IMG/VR virus record: IMGVR_UViG_3300008255_000434
Location: 1 to 25,831 of that record
Strand: one strand, 5' to 3'
DNA length: 25,831 bases
From: a virus
Lineage: Duplodnaviria; Caudoviricetes
Shown: piece by piece, positions 1 through 7,713 of the stretch
Layout of the letters: each line of letters opens with the position of its first letter
Numbering within the stretch: the stretch's first letter is position 1
Notes under the pieces: model-generated
Database searches by the model: none
Seen by the model: the letters and a program-made list of their open reading frames with translations, nothing else
Told to the model about the DNA's origin: nothing
Position numbers and translations under genes: made by a program

Positions 1-110
1 CCAAGTCTTGGAGTCGGGGGTTTTTGTGTGGTCTTACTCCTTTTGTTCCCATTCCCCCCAGGACCTCACTCTCTTAGCGCAATAGATGTACACGCCAATG
101 CTCTTTGCTC

Positions 111-139
111 TTGAAATAGCTGGTGTCTTGTACTATTGT
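111..139 (+). promoter_or_regulatory. Putative sigma70-like promoter P1 for the packaging operon
   Basis: TTGAAA (111-116), 17-nt spacer, TATTGT (134-139), in a non-coding AT-richer stretch. Similar to elements at 6032 and 18247. Confidence 0.55.
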
Positions 140-230
140 TAGGTCGCCCCGGAGATTTTCTGTAATGTTGGAATTACTTTTACATTTGTCGTGTTGGTGG
201 TGACTCATCTCGTTTCCGCGATTACGAGTA

Positions 231-479
231 GTGTTTATGGACGTTGTTTACCGGGACGTTTTGGATCTAGTTCCTTTGGGTTTCAAGCCATTGAGGTTGA
301 TTTTATTTGAGTGGGGTTATGATTCTTCGTTGTTGCGTTGGGGTTTGATTTGGTTGGAGTCTGAGAAGTTGATTGAGAGTTGTTGTTGGGTGAACATTTC
401 GACAGAGGATATTGTTTGTGATTTTGGTTTTGATCACGCCATGTCTGATCTTTTTTACAGGAGAGTTTCTGATGGTTAA
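231..479 (+). CDS. Hypothetical protein (82 aa), possibly winged-helix-like
   Basis: First ORF downstream of P1. Its stop overlaps the next start by 8 nt. The segment 'LLRWGLIWLESEKLIE' resembles a wHTH recognition helix/wing. The extreme G/T skew makes a spurious ORF possible. Confidence 0.35.
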   Translation: MFMDVVYRDVLDLVPLGFKPLRLILFEWGYDSSLLRWGLIWLESEKLIESCCWVNISTEDIVCDFGFDHAMSDLFYRRVSDG

Positions 480-888
480 GCGTGGCGACAGGGTGAATTA
501 CCGTCACCGTGAGGGTTCTGACGGCGTTCTTAGTGCGACGGTAGTTCGTGTTCTGAGCGATGTTCGCGTGGATTTGGATATTGACGCGAAGCGTGTTGGT
601 GACCCGACTCATTTGAAGCTTGTTCTTTGTGGTTCTGGTGTTGGGAACTGGTTTGATTCTGCTGGTTCGTTGTCGGTTGATTCGTTTTCGGATTCCACTT
701 CTCCTGAGCCTCGAGTTGTCGGCGCGATTGACGACGTTACGGAGTCGGACATGGTTTTTCTTCTTCGCAGCGTCGGCGTGACGGAACACGAGGGCAAGAA
801 GCTAGACACGTCGAATTGGTCGAAGCCGGATCTGTACGCGGTGTTCGAGTCGGTGTTTAAGTCTCCGGCGCTTGACGGTGAGTCTTGA
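472..888 (+). CDS. Hypothetical phage protein: N-terminal SH3/KOW-like beta segment, C-terminal HeH/SAP-like motif
   Basis: ATG at 472 with AGGAGA SD at 459-464, preferred over the ORF-track start at 412. 'KRGDRVNY...ATVVRV...VDLDI' at the N-terminus and 'VTESDMVFLLRSVGV...SKPDLYAVF' at the C-terminus. Confidence 0.65.
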   Translation: MVKRGDRVNYRHREGSDGVLSATVVRVLSDVRVDLDIDAKRVGDPTHLKLVLCGSGVGNWFDSAGSLSVDSFSDSTSPEPRVVGAIDDVTESDMVFLLRSVGVTEHEGKKLDTSNWSKPDLYAVFESVFKSPALDGES

Positions 889-1209
889 ATGTCAAGGAAG
901 AAGCACAATTCGAACGAGGGCAGCGAGAATCGTCTTTACAATTGCTCGATGGAGGATTTAGTTGGCGAGATTTACCGTCGGTTTCCCCGTCATGTTTTCG
1001 TTGGTTTCGAGCATGAGAATTCTCCGAACGGCGCGAGTGACGGCTGGCATTCGTTTCGTGGCCCGTTGCGTCTGGTGCATTCCGATTTGCGTTGGGCTCA
1101 CCGCGTTCTTCTTGAGCTTGGCGGCGAGCAATCGTATCGTCAGCTGGTCATCCCGCCTGCTACGGTTAGGCTTCCGGGGCTTCGTACTGACGATCTGATG
1201 GACGGCTGA
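889..1209 (+). CDS. Hypothetical protein (106 aa) immediately upstream of terminase
   Basis: Abuts the previous stop (TGA-ATG) and overlaps the terL start (TGATG). No recognisable small-terminase motif. Confidence 0.65.
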   Translation: MSRKKHNSNEGSENRLYNCSMEDLVGEIYRRFPRHVFVGFEHENSPNGASDGWHSFRGPLRLVHSDLRWAHRVLLELGGEQSYRQLVIPPATVRLPGLRTDDLMDG

Positions 1210-2702
1210 TGGCAAGGACGCACGCCGACAGCACGTTGAAGCGTTTCGTTGATGCGCTTGACGCGGCGACTCGCGCATCGAATTACGACCGTCTTCACGA
1301 GTTCGGTTGGCGTGAGCCATCCCGAGACAACGACGGTGCTTTGCATGATTGGCAGGCCGCGTTTATTGCGTCCGGCTCTGAGTACATGCAGCGTGCGTTG
1401 GTGTGCGCGAACCAAGTTGGCAAGAACTTCTGCGCCGCTTTCGAGGTCGCTTGCCACCTGACCGGTCTTTATCCGCCGTGGTGGGGTGGGCGTCGGTTTT
1501 CTCATGCTGTTGAGTGGACGTGTGCGGCATCTACGCTCAAGACCGTGCGAGATGGCCAGCAGATCGACTTGTTTGGTCGCATGATTCCCGGCGAGTCTAA
1601 GCTTGACGGCACAGGCTGGGTTCCCCGTAACAAGATCGGCGCGTATTCGTTTTACGGAGGCAACGTCAAGAACTGCGTGGACACCTGCTACATCAAGCAT
1701 GTTTCAGGCGGCTGGTCGACTTTGTACCAGCAGGCTTACGAGCAGAAGCAGAAGGCGTTCGAAGGCTACAAGCGAGACGGAGGCTGGTTCGATGAAGAAT
1801 GTCCGATAGACATCTTCAGCGAATTCCTGATGCGTCTGTTTTCTAAGAAGGGCATGTACATCGGCACGCGCACGCCGCTTGACGGCATGACCGAATACAT
1901 CAAGGCATTCGCTCAGCCGCCGGAAGAGACCAGTCGGATTCGCAAGATGATGGTGGCTACGTGGGATCAGGCGTATCACCTGAGCGAAGAATACAAAAAT
2001 GCGTATCTAAATTCGTTCCCTGAGCATGAGCGCGAGACTCGAAGCCGTGGCGTTATAGCTGCCGGCGAGGGGTTGGTATATCCGGTTTCCGAGGACTTCC
2101 TGTTGTGCAAGCCGTTTGCGTTGCCGGACCACTGGCCGCGAATCGCCGGTCACGACTTCGGGTGGGATCATCCCGCATCTACCGTCTGGTGGGCATTCGA
2201 CCCTGATGGCGCCGTGAATTACATATACGATTGCTATCGGATCCGAAAGAACGACGCATCCCAACACGCGGCCTCGATAAACCGTCGCGGCAAGTGGATC
2301 CCGGTCGCGTGGCCTCATGACGGCAACAACCACGAAAAGGGATCCGGCGAGCAGCTGGCCAAGACTTACCGCGAAGCCGGCGTGAACATGCTTCACGAAA
2401 GCGCTCGGTTCGAGGGCGCTTCTGGTGGCACGCAGTCGGTATCAGCCGGTTGCTATGAGATCCTCAGCGCGATGCGCGAGGGCCGGATCAAGGTTTTCAG
2501 CCCGCTGATCGAGTGGTTTGAAGAGCGCCGGTTGTACCACCGGAAGGACAACAAGATCGTCAAGTTGAACGACGACATCATGGACGCCATGAGGACGGGC
2601 TGGATGATGCGGCGATACGCGGTTGCCAAGCCGCATAATCTGGATGATCGTAGACGCCGGAAGCCAAGGGACTATAATCCCTACGAGATCATTGGAGGCT
2701 GA
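1209..2702 (+). CDS. terL: Terminase large subunit, P22 gp2-like (ATPase + RNase H-fold nuclease)
   Basis: Walker A 'ANQVGKN', 'E-x-A-x-HLTG-x-YP-x-WW-x-G-x-RF' typical of P22-like TerL, Walker B 'GWFDEE', nuclease motifs 'GHDFGWDHP', 'WPHDG', 'DDIMDAMR'. Confidence 0.95.
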   Translation: MARTHADSTLKRFVDALDAATRASNYDRLHEFGWREPSRDNDGALHDWQAAFIASGSEYMQRALVCANQVGKNFCAAFEVACHLTGLYPPWWGGRRFSHAVEWTCAASTLKTVRDGQQIDLFGRMIPGESKLDGTGWVPRNKIGAYSFYGGNVKNCVDTCYIKHVSGGWSTLYQQAYEQKQKAFEGYKRDGGWFDEECPIDIFSEFLMRLFSKKGMYIGTRTPLDGMTEYIKAFAQPPEETSRIRKMMVATWDQAYHLSEEYKNAYLNSFPEHERETRSRGVIAAGEGLVYPVSEDFLLCKPFALPDHWPRIAGHDFGWDHPASTVWWAFDPDGAVNYIYDCYRIRKNDASQHAASINRRGKWIPVAWPHDGNNHEKGSGEQLAKTYREAGVNMLHESARFEGASGGTQSVSAGCYEILSAMREGRIKVFSPLIEWFEERRLYHRKDNKIVKLNDDIMDAMRTGWMMRRYAVAKPHNLDDRRRRKPRDYNPYEIIGG

Positions 2703-2703
2703 T

Positions 2704-2940
2704 ATGGGCGCATTGGTTCCACTCATTACCGCAGGCGTGTCGATCTTCCAAGCCACGAAAAAGCCCAAGTCGCCCAAGCTCCAAGCGCCGGTCAGTAAGT
2801 CCGCGACAGAGATTCAAGCCGACCAGGACCGATTGCGCCTCGCTCAGGGCCAGCGCCGGGGCCGGTCGTCGACAATCCTTGGCGGCGCCGGATCGGTCGG
2901 CCTTGGAAGCGTCGGCACCAAAACCTTGCTCGGTGAATAA
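2704..2940 (+). CDS. Small virion protein preceding the portal (T7 gp7.3-like position)
   Basis: ATG 2704 with GGAGG at 2694-2698. 'MG' start, K/P-rich segment, 'RRGRSSTIL...KTLLG' ending typical of small pre-portal genes in this phage type. TAATG coupling to portal. Confidence 0.75.
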   Translation: MGALVPLITAGVSIFQATKKPKSPKLQAPVSKSATEIQADQDRLRLAQGQRRGRSSTILGGAGSVGLGSVGTKTLLGE

Positions 2941-4568
2941 TGGCTATTGACCAACTGTTTGTGAAGCGGATCCTCGCACGGCACGAAAAGGCCCTGGCGA
3001 AGCGCCGCGCCATCGAAAGCACTTGGGAAGAAATCAGCCGGTGGATCCAGCCCGAGCGCGAGTTTTTGACTTCCGCGCAGCCGGATACCGCGAAGTGGGC
3101 TCGCCTGTTCGACATGACCGCAGCGCAGTCATGCTACGAAGCCGCTGCTACGGTACATGGACTGATGATGAATCAGGCGACCAAGTGGTTCGACCTTGAG
3201 ATCGCCGACGGCGACGACCTTCGCAACGACCGAGACGTTCAGATCTGGCGCCAAGAAACCGTCCTGGCGATGCTTCGGAAGTTCAATTCGCCCGGCTTCG
3301 GGTTCAACTCCGGCACATTCGAGGGCTTGCTTGACGTGTTCGGCCCAGGCTCGTCGACCATGCTGTTGCGCGGCACAATCGACGGAATGTCGTTTCAGCA
3401 TCGCCCGCTTCGCGATGTCGTGTTCAGCGGCACCGACGGCAAAATCAACGAGGCTTACCGGCGGTTCGACCTTCAGGCGTGGGAACTGGTCGATATGTTC
3501 TCCGGCGATAATGACCAGCTTCACCACAAGGTCACCAGTGCCGCAGGCCGCGAGAACAAGATGGAGCAGGAATTTTGCATGGTCCATGCTGTGGTGCCGG
3601 CGGCAATCGCCCGTCGGCTCGGCGACACCGACCCGATGCCCGAGAGGATGAAATTCTTCGCGTATTACATCGATCGCAACAACAAACATCTTGTTCGTCG
3701 CGGCGGGTTCGACCGGTTCATCTACATCACACCAAGGATCGAACGCTCGGCAAACGGCATCGAGGGACGAGGGCCGTCGTGGCGCGCGCTGCCGATGGCT
3801 CGCTTGCTAAACACGATGGAAAAGGTCGGGCTGCTTGGGTTTGAGAAATCCGTGATGCCGCCGCTCAACGTGCCCGCAGGCATGACCGACGGGCTCCCGC
3901 ACCTGTACCCCAACGGGCTGAACTTCTTCAAAGAGGGGCAGCGAGACTTTATCACGCCGATTCAGACAGCCAACAATATTCCGCTATACGAACAGGGGCT
4001 TATCCGTCGACAAGAGTTCGTACGCCGACAGTACATGCTCCACGTCTTGCAGGCGCCAAACAAGACACACCTGTCGCAGGATCAAGTCAATGCGATGCTC
4101 CGGCAGCGGCTTGAGATCCTGAGCCCGTGGCTTTCGCCGATCACCGAAGACATGCTCGGCCCGATCATCCATGAGACGTTCGAGAACATGACCGATCTGG
4201 GCGAGATCCCGCCGCCGCCCGAGGTGCTTCGTAACCGGTCACTTGAAGTCATCTACACGTCGCCGCTATCCATGAGCCAGCGCGAATCCGAAGTCGATTC
4301 GCTTGCGAAGATGCAGGCCTACGCGTCACCGTTCGTCGATCGGGATCCGACGGTGATGGACAACTTCGATGTCGACGTCGGCATCCGGTACGCTGCGGGG
4401 ACGTTTAATTTTCCTCAAAGATTGCTGCGGCCGGTTGAACAGGTCCGCGAAATCCGGGAGAATCGCGCCGCCCAGATTGCGCAGCAACAGCAGTTGGAGC
4501 AGGCACAAATGGCCGCCAGCGCCGCGAAAGACGGCGCTCAGGCACTCGGATCGGTGAATGCCGCGTAA
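2940..4568 (+). CDS. Portal (head-tail connector) protein, T7 gp8/BPP-1-like family
   Basis: 542 aa. 'W-EI---I-P-R', 'WF-L', 'GRGP---ALP', 'P-PPE-L----L-V-Y-SPL---QR', Q/A-rich C-terminus. Follows the terminase. Confidence 0.92.
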   Translation: MAIDQLFVKRILARHEKALAKRRAIESTWEEISRWIQPEREFLTSAQPDTAKWARLFDMTAAQSCYEAAATVHGLMMNQATKWFDLEIADGDDLRNDRDVQIWRQETVLAMLRKFNSPGFGFNSGTFEGLLDVFGPGSSTMLLRGTIDGMSFQHRPLRDVVFSGTDGKINEAYRRFDLQAWELVDMFSGDNDQLHHKVTSAAGRENKMEQEFCMVHAVVPAAIARRLGDTDPMPERMKFFAYYIDRNNKHLVRRGGFDRFIYITPRIERSANGIEGRGPSWRALPMARLLNTMEKVGLLGFEKSVMPPLNVPAGMTDGLPHLYPNGLNFFKEGQRDFITPIQTANNIPLYEQGLIRRQEFVRRQYMLHVLQAPNKTHLSQDQVNAMLRQRLEILSPWLSPITEDMLGPIIHETFENMTDLGEIPPPPEVLRNRSLEVIYTSPLSMSQRESEVDSLAKMQAYASPFVDRDPTVMDNFDVDVGIRYAAGTFNFPQRLLRPVEQVREIRENRAAQIAQQQQLEQAQMAASAAKDGAQALGSVNAA

Positions 4569-4875
4569 AACAGATCAGCAGACCGTCGAATGCCGAAAGG
4601 CGCTGGCTTGGCGAAAGCTCGTCGAATCGCTTGACGATTCCGAGCGAGACCTGATCCTGACGGATCTTTACGAACTGGGCAGCATCTACGATCCGATGCC
4701 CCTCAAAGACTCCGGTCCGCAGGAGTTCGAGAAGGGCAGGCGGTTCGTGGTGATCAAGATCCTTGAGCGATTGACGTACCCCAAAGACCCCATCGCGGCG
4801 ATGCGTAGAATTGCCGCACACAGGAAGCGATTTGAAGGGCAGGCAGATGATCCAACGATCCTTATCGACGAGTGA
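4558..4875 (+). CDS. Bbp19-like small protein between portal and scaffold
   Basis: 105 aa. 'LILTDL' and 'FEKGRRFVVIKI' match the F-x-EG-x-R-x-V pattern of this family. Conserved position. Confidence 0.7.
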   Translation: MPRKTDQQTVECRKALAWRKLVESLDDSERDLILTDLYELGSIYDPMPLKDSGPQEFEKGRRFVVIKILERLTYPKDPIAAMRRIAAHRKRFEGQADDPTILIDE

Positions 4876-5929
4876 CCCGATCCATGCGCTCGCGCATTAC
4901 AACCCGAAGGCGTGGTCTTCCCCGGTGCATTTCTTCCCCGACGAAGGCGGCGGCGACGGTGCCGGAGGTGGGGCGGGCGACGCTGGCGAAGGTGCAGGAG
5001 AATCACTGCTTGGCGGCGGCGGCGACGGGGGCGATAAAACTACCGATGGCTCCGAGGATCGTGTCGTTGATTCCGACTGGTTCAGTTCACTTCCCGACGA
5101 CCTGAAAGGCGCCAAGTTCCTTGAGCAGATCAAGGACAAGCCCCCGAGCGAGGTCATCGCGAACGTCTCGAAGCGGTTCATCGACACGCAGGCGCTTGTC
5201 GGCAAGAACAAGATCGAGCTTCCCGACGAGGCCGACGCGTCCGACGTGCGGCAGCAGAAGGTCGACGCGATATACAAGGCGCTTGGCGTCCCCGATAATG
5301 CGGCAGACTACGAACTGAAAATCGACGGCCTGCCCGAAGGCTATGCCGTCACCGATGAGCAGTCATCGGAGTTCAAGGAAATATCGCATAAACTGAAGCT
5401 CACTCCGACGCAGACGCAGGCGCTGCTTGAGTGGGACGCGCAGCGGCAGGTCGGGCAGGTTGCGTCGATGAACGAGGCGGCCAAGGCAGAGCGAAACAAG
5501 ACCGAGGAATTCCTTAGGTCAGACGAAGGGTTCGGCCAAGCCTACGACACCAAGCTCAAGAAAGTGAATTTCCTCGTCGGCAAGTACGGGTCGGACGAAC
5601 TGAAGGACGAATTCAACAAGACCGGCGTCGGAAACAACCCGCGCCTTGCGTTGTTCCTGGCACGACTGTCTGACGAGATCCTCGGCGACCAGCGCATCGA
5701 AGGCATGGACCAGTCGGGCGGCGACGTGTTTTCACCGGCCGAAGCGAAGGCCGAATACGGCCGCCTCGTCGCGAAGGACAGCGACCATCCGCTGGCCAAG
5801 GCGCTGCGAAACCAGAGCGATCCCCGACACAAAGAGGCGGTCGAATACCGATCCAAGCTCATTCGCGCCGGTGCGCACCGAGCCAACAAGCCAGTCGCCG
5901 GCGTCGGAACCGGCAACCCCGATCGCTGA
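4847..5929 (+). CDS. Capsid assembly scaffolding protein
   Basis: Probable ATG at 4847. Gly/Asp-rich N-terminus, 'W-SSLPDDLK', 'LGVPD-A-DY', 'LKLTP-Q-Q-L', 'G-GNNP-L---L-RL', 'DPRHK-AV'. Acidic, lies directly before the capsid gene. Confidence 0.85.
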   Translation: MIQRSLSTSDPIHALAHYNPKAWSSPVHFFPDEGGGDGAGGGAGDAGEGAGESLLGGGGDGGDKTTDGSEDRVVDSDWFSSLPDDLKGAKFLEQIKDKPPSEVIANVSKRFIDTQALVGKNKIELPDEADASDVRQQKVDAIYKALGVPDNAADYELKIDGLPEGYAVTDEQSSEFKEISHKLKLTPTQTQALLEWDAQRQVGQVASMNEAAKAERNKTEEFLRSDEGFGQAYDTKLKKVNFLVGKYGSDELKDEFNKTGVGNNPRLALFLARLSDEILGDQRIEGMDQSGGDVFSPAEAKAEYGRLVAKDSDHPLAKALRNQSDPRHKEAVEYRSKLIRAGAHRANKPVAGVGTGNPDR

Positions 5930-5939
5930 TCCCCCCCCC

Positions 5940-5957
5940 CACCCGCTTCGGCGGGTG
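5940..5957 (+). other. Stable cUUCGg hairpin after a C10 tract
   Basis: CACCCGC-TTCG-GCGGGTG, perfect 7-bp stem. Preceded by C10 at 5931-5940. Confidence 0.7.
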
Positions 5958-5963
5958 CCAGCC

Positions 5964-6005
5964 AGCCCGGCAGGGGCCAAATCACCCCTGTCGGGTTTTT
6001 CTTTT
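5964..6005 (+). terminator. Intrinsic terminator between scaffold and major capsid genes
   Basis: CCCGGCAGGGG (5966-5976) pairs with CCCCTGTCGGG (5985-5995; one G-U), followed by TTTTTCTTTT. Confidence 0.85.
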
Positions 6006-6031
6006 CGGCCGTTTCTTTTTTCAGTACACAC

Positions 6032-6060
6032 TTGACGACTTATGTGTCCTTGGCTATTGA
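6032..6060 (+). promoter_or_regulatory. Putative promoter P2 for the capsid cassette
   Basis: TTGACG, 17 nt, TATTGA, just downstream of a terminator. Shares CTTGA-N8-GTGTC-N5-CTATTG with P1. The -10 box lacks the final T. Confidence 0.55.
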
Positions 6061-6066
6061 TTGTGT

Positions 6067-6208
6067 ATCGGACTCCCGTATTCGGCCCGATCGACAGCCG
6101 GAAAGACGGCCGACTGGCCATCGTCATGGCAAGAAGCGCCCGCAACTCTGCGGATTCCGCCTCGAAGCATCAAACCGTAAACGCATGTTTTTTTGCTTGG
6201 AGGCCGTC
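6067..6208 (+). promoter_or_regulatory. Structured 5' leader (candidate cis-regulatory RNA) of the major capsid gene
   Basis: Five consecutive predicted helices: 6067-6091, 6097-6110 (GCCG-GAAAGA-CGGC), 6117-6130 (GCCAT-CGTC-ATGGC), 6136-6160, and 6159-6204, which includes the SD GGAGG. Confidence 0.6.
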
Positions 6209-7102
6209 ATGGCTGAGACACAAGACCAACATTACATCGACAACTTCGAGGCGGGCATCCTTGAGCTTCAGCAGCAAGGCGCATCGAAGACCGAAGGCAC
6301 CTACCGCAACGTCGAGATGAGGGGCGAGCAGACCTACGTCAATCGCATCGCTGCGCTCGACGACAGCGACGAGGGCCTGGAAGACGAGCGCTACGGCAAG
6401 ACGAACTTGATCGAAGCGACTCATAGCCGCCGCCGCCTGGTCGCCACCCCTCGGAGCAAGGCGATTCCGCTGGATGACAACGACAGCGTGCGCATGCTCG
6501 AAGACCCCTCGAACGCTTATTCCAGCGCGATCTCCAAGTGGTTCGCCAGGAAAAAGGACGAGGTTCGTCTTGCGCAGTGGGTTGGCACGGCCTATTCGGG
6601 CAAGGCCGGTGCGACTAGCGTTTCGCTGGGCGCGAGCCAGCAGGTCATCGTGAACCTGTCGGGTTCGAGCGAGGGCCTGACGCTCGACAAACTGATTGAG
6701 GCTCAGAACATCTTTGGCGAAAACAACTTCGACGAAGACGAAACAAAGCATCTGGCCCTTCGTCGCCAGCAAATTTCCGATCTCCTGAAGATCGAGAAAG
6801 CCACCAGCGGCGACTATGTGACCATCCGCGCGCTGGAAAGCGGCAACATCGACGAGTACATGGGATTCATGATGCACCGCACGCAGAAGTGCCCGCACGT
6901 CACGGCGACCGATGTCGCTTCGGCGGTGGCCTGGGTCCAGGACTCGGTGGCCTACGGCGAATACTCCCAAAACATGAAGACCCGCGTCACCGAGCGGGAC
7001 GACCTGAGATACGTCACGCAGATCTACCACCGGGAAGACTTCGGTGCAACGCGACTGCAAGAGGAAGGCGTGGTCGAAATCTTCTGCGACGAAAGCCCGT
7101 AA
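6209..7102 (+). CDS. Major capsid protein (297 aa)
   Basis: ATG 6209 with GGAGG at 6199-6203; the ORF-track start 6032 lies in the promoter. 'QQ--SK', 'RYG-T', 'HSRR', 'D--D-VRML-DP---Y', 'GLT-DKL--A', 'TS-DY', 'G-ID-YMGF', 'GATRL-EE-VV-I-C-E' are typical of this podovirus capsid family. Confidence 0.92.
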   Translation: MAETQDQHYIDNFEAGILELQQQGASKTEGTYRNVEMRGEQTYVNRIAALDDSDEGLEDERYGKTNLIEATHSRRRLVATPRSKAIPLDDNDSVRMLEDPSNAYSSAISKWFARKKDEVRLAQWVGTAYSGKAGATSVSLGASQQVIVNLSGSSEGLTLDKLIEAQNIFGENNFDEDETKHLALRRQQISDLLKIEKATSGDYVTIRALESGNIDEYMGFMMHRTQKCPHVTATDVASAVAWVQDSVAYGEYSQNMKTRVTERDDLRYVTQIYHREDFGATRLQEEGVVEIFCDESP

Positions 7103-7164
7103 GCCCTGGCTTGAGGATTTTAGATAACTGAGCCCCCAGACGGGGCCTTCAAAGAGAGGTTTCC

Positions 7165-7611
7165 ATGACCACCTTTTACTCCGACGTGATGACTCTTTTG
7201 ACCGGTTTCGACGGCGCTGACGTGGCCGGTCGTCCTTCGGCCAAGGTCCACGGCGGCAGCCTGACCGTCCTCAAGGGCGAGATCGACCTGTCCGCCAACA
7301 CCGTGGCCAGCGGAGATGACGTTGAGATGATTCGGATGCGCAAGGGCATGATCCCCTTGTACGGCATTCTTGTGCCATCGGCCGCGATGGGCGCCACGGC
7401 CACCATCGCCATCGGAATCACCGGCGACACTGGCAAGTACCGGGCCGCTGCGGTCAAGAACAACACGACCCCCGAAGTTTTCGGCCTTGGCGATGCCGTG
7501 GGAACCGAATTGACTGCGGACGAAACGGTGCTTGCGACCATCGCTGCGGCCAACCTGCCGACTTCCGGCATTCTCCGAATCATCATGGTTGCATCACAGA
7601 CCGGCGGGTAA
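7165..7611 (+). CDS. Capsid cement/decoration protein (BPP-1 Bbp16-like position)
   Basis: 148 aa, Ala/Gly/Thr-rich and beta-rich, with 'GD-V-M', 'AT--IG---D--KY' and 'A-LP-SG'. Strong SD GAGAGG. Lies between the capsid gene and a terminator. Confidence 0.7.
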   Translation: MTTFYSDVMTLLTGFDGADVAGRPSAKVHGGSLTVLKGEIDLSANTVASGDDVEMIRMRKGMIPLYGILVPSAAMGATATIAIGITGDTGKYRAAAVKNNTTPEVFGLGDAVGTELTADETVLATIAAANLPTSGILRIIMVASQTGG

Positions 7612-7650
7612 TGCCAAACAGACCGAACGAGTTGCCTGCTCATCGGCGTG

Positions 7651-7685
7651 GGGGCTGGGTTTTTAACCCGGCCCCTTTTTTCTTT
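7651..7685 (+). terminator. Intrinsic terminator after capsid/cement genes
   Basis: GGGGCTGGGTT (7651-7661) pairs with AACCCGGCCCC (7665-7675; one U-G), followed by TTTTTTCTTT. Confidence 0.85.
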
Positions 7686-7713
7686 GCTATGATCTTGGGA
7701 AGGAGCGACAGCC

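Noticed and set aside
283-789. 168-aa basic minus-strand ORF
   Set aside because: A by-product of the G/T skew (T-poor minus strand has few stops). It is antisense to better-supported genes.
5931-5940. C10 tract as a phase-variation switch
   Set aside because: It is intergenic, after the scaffold stop and upstream of a terminator, so a length change has no evident effect.
6032-6208. 59-aa N-terminal extension of the capsid protein suggested by the ORF track
   Set aside because: The TTG start is the -35 box of P2. A strong SD precedes ATG 6209, where family-like sequence begins.
6170-7060. Long antisense ORFs (also 8313-9170, 9792-10709, 13178-14335, 15073-15837, 16363-17337)
   Set aside because: Shadow frames of GC-rich, codon-biased genes, with no motifs or expression signals.
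7080-7164. T7 10A/10B-type capsid frameshift or read-through into the cement gene
   Set aside because: No slippery heptamer near the capsid stop, and the next gene has its own strong SD.
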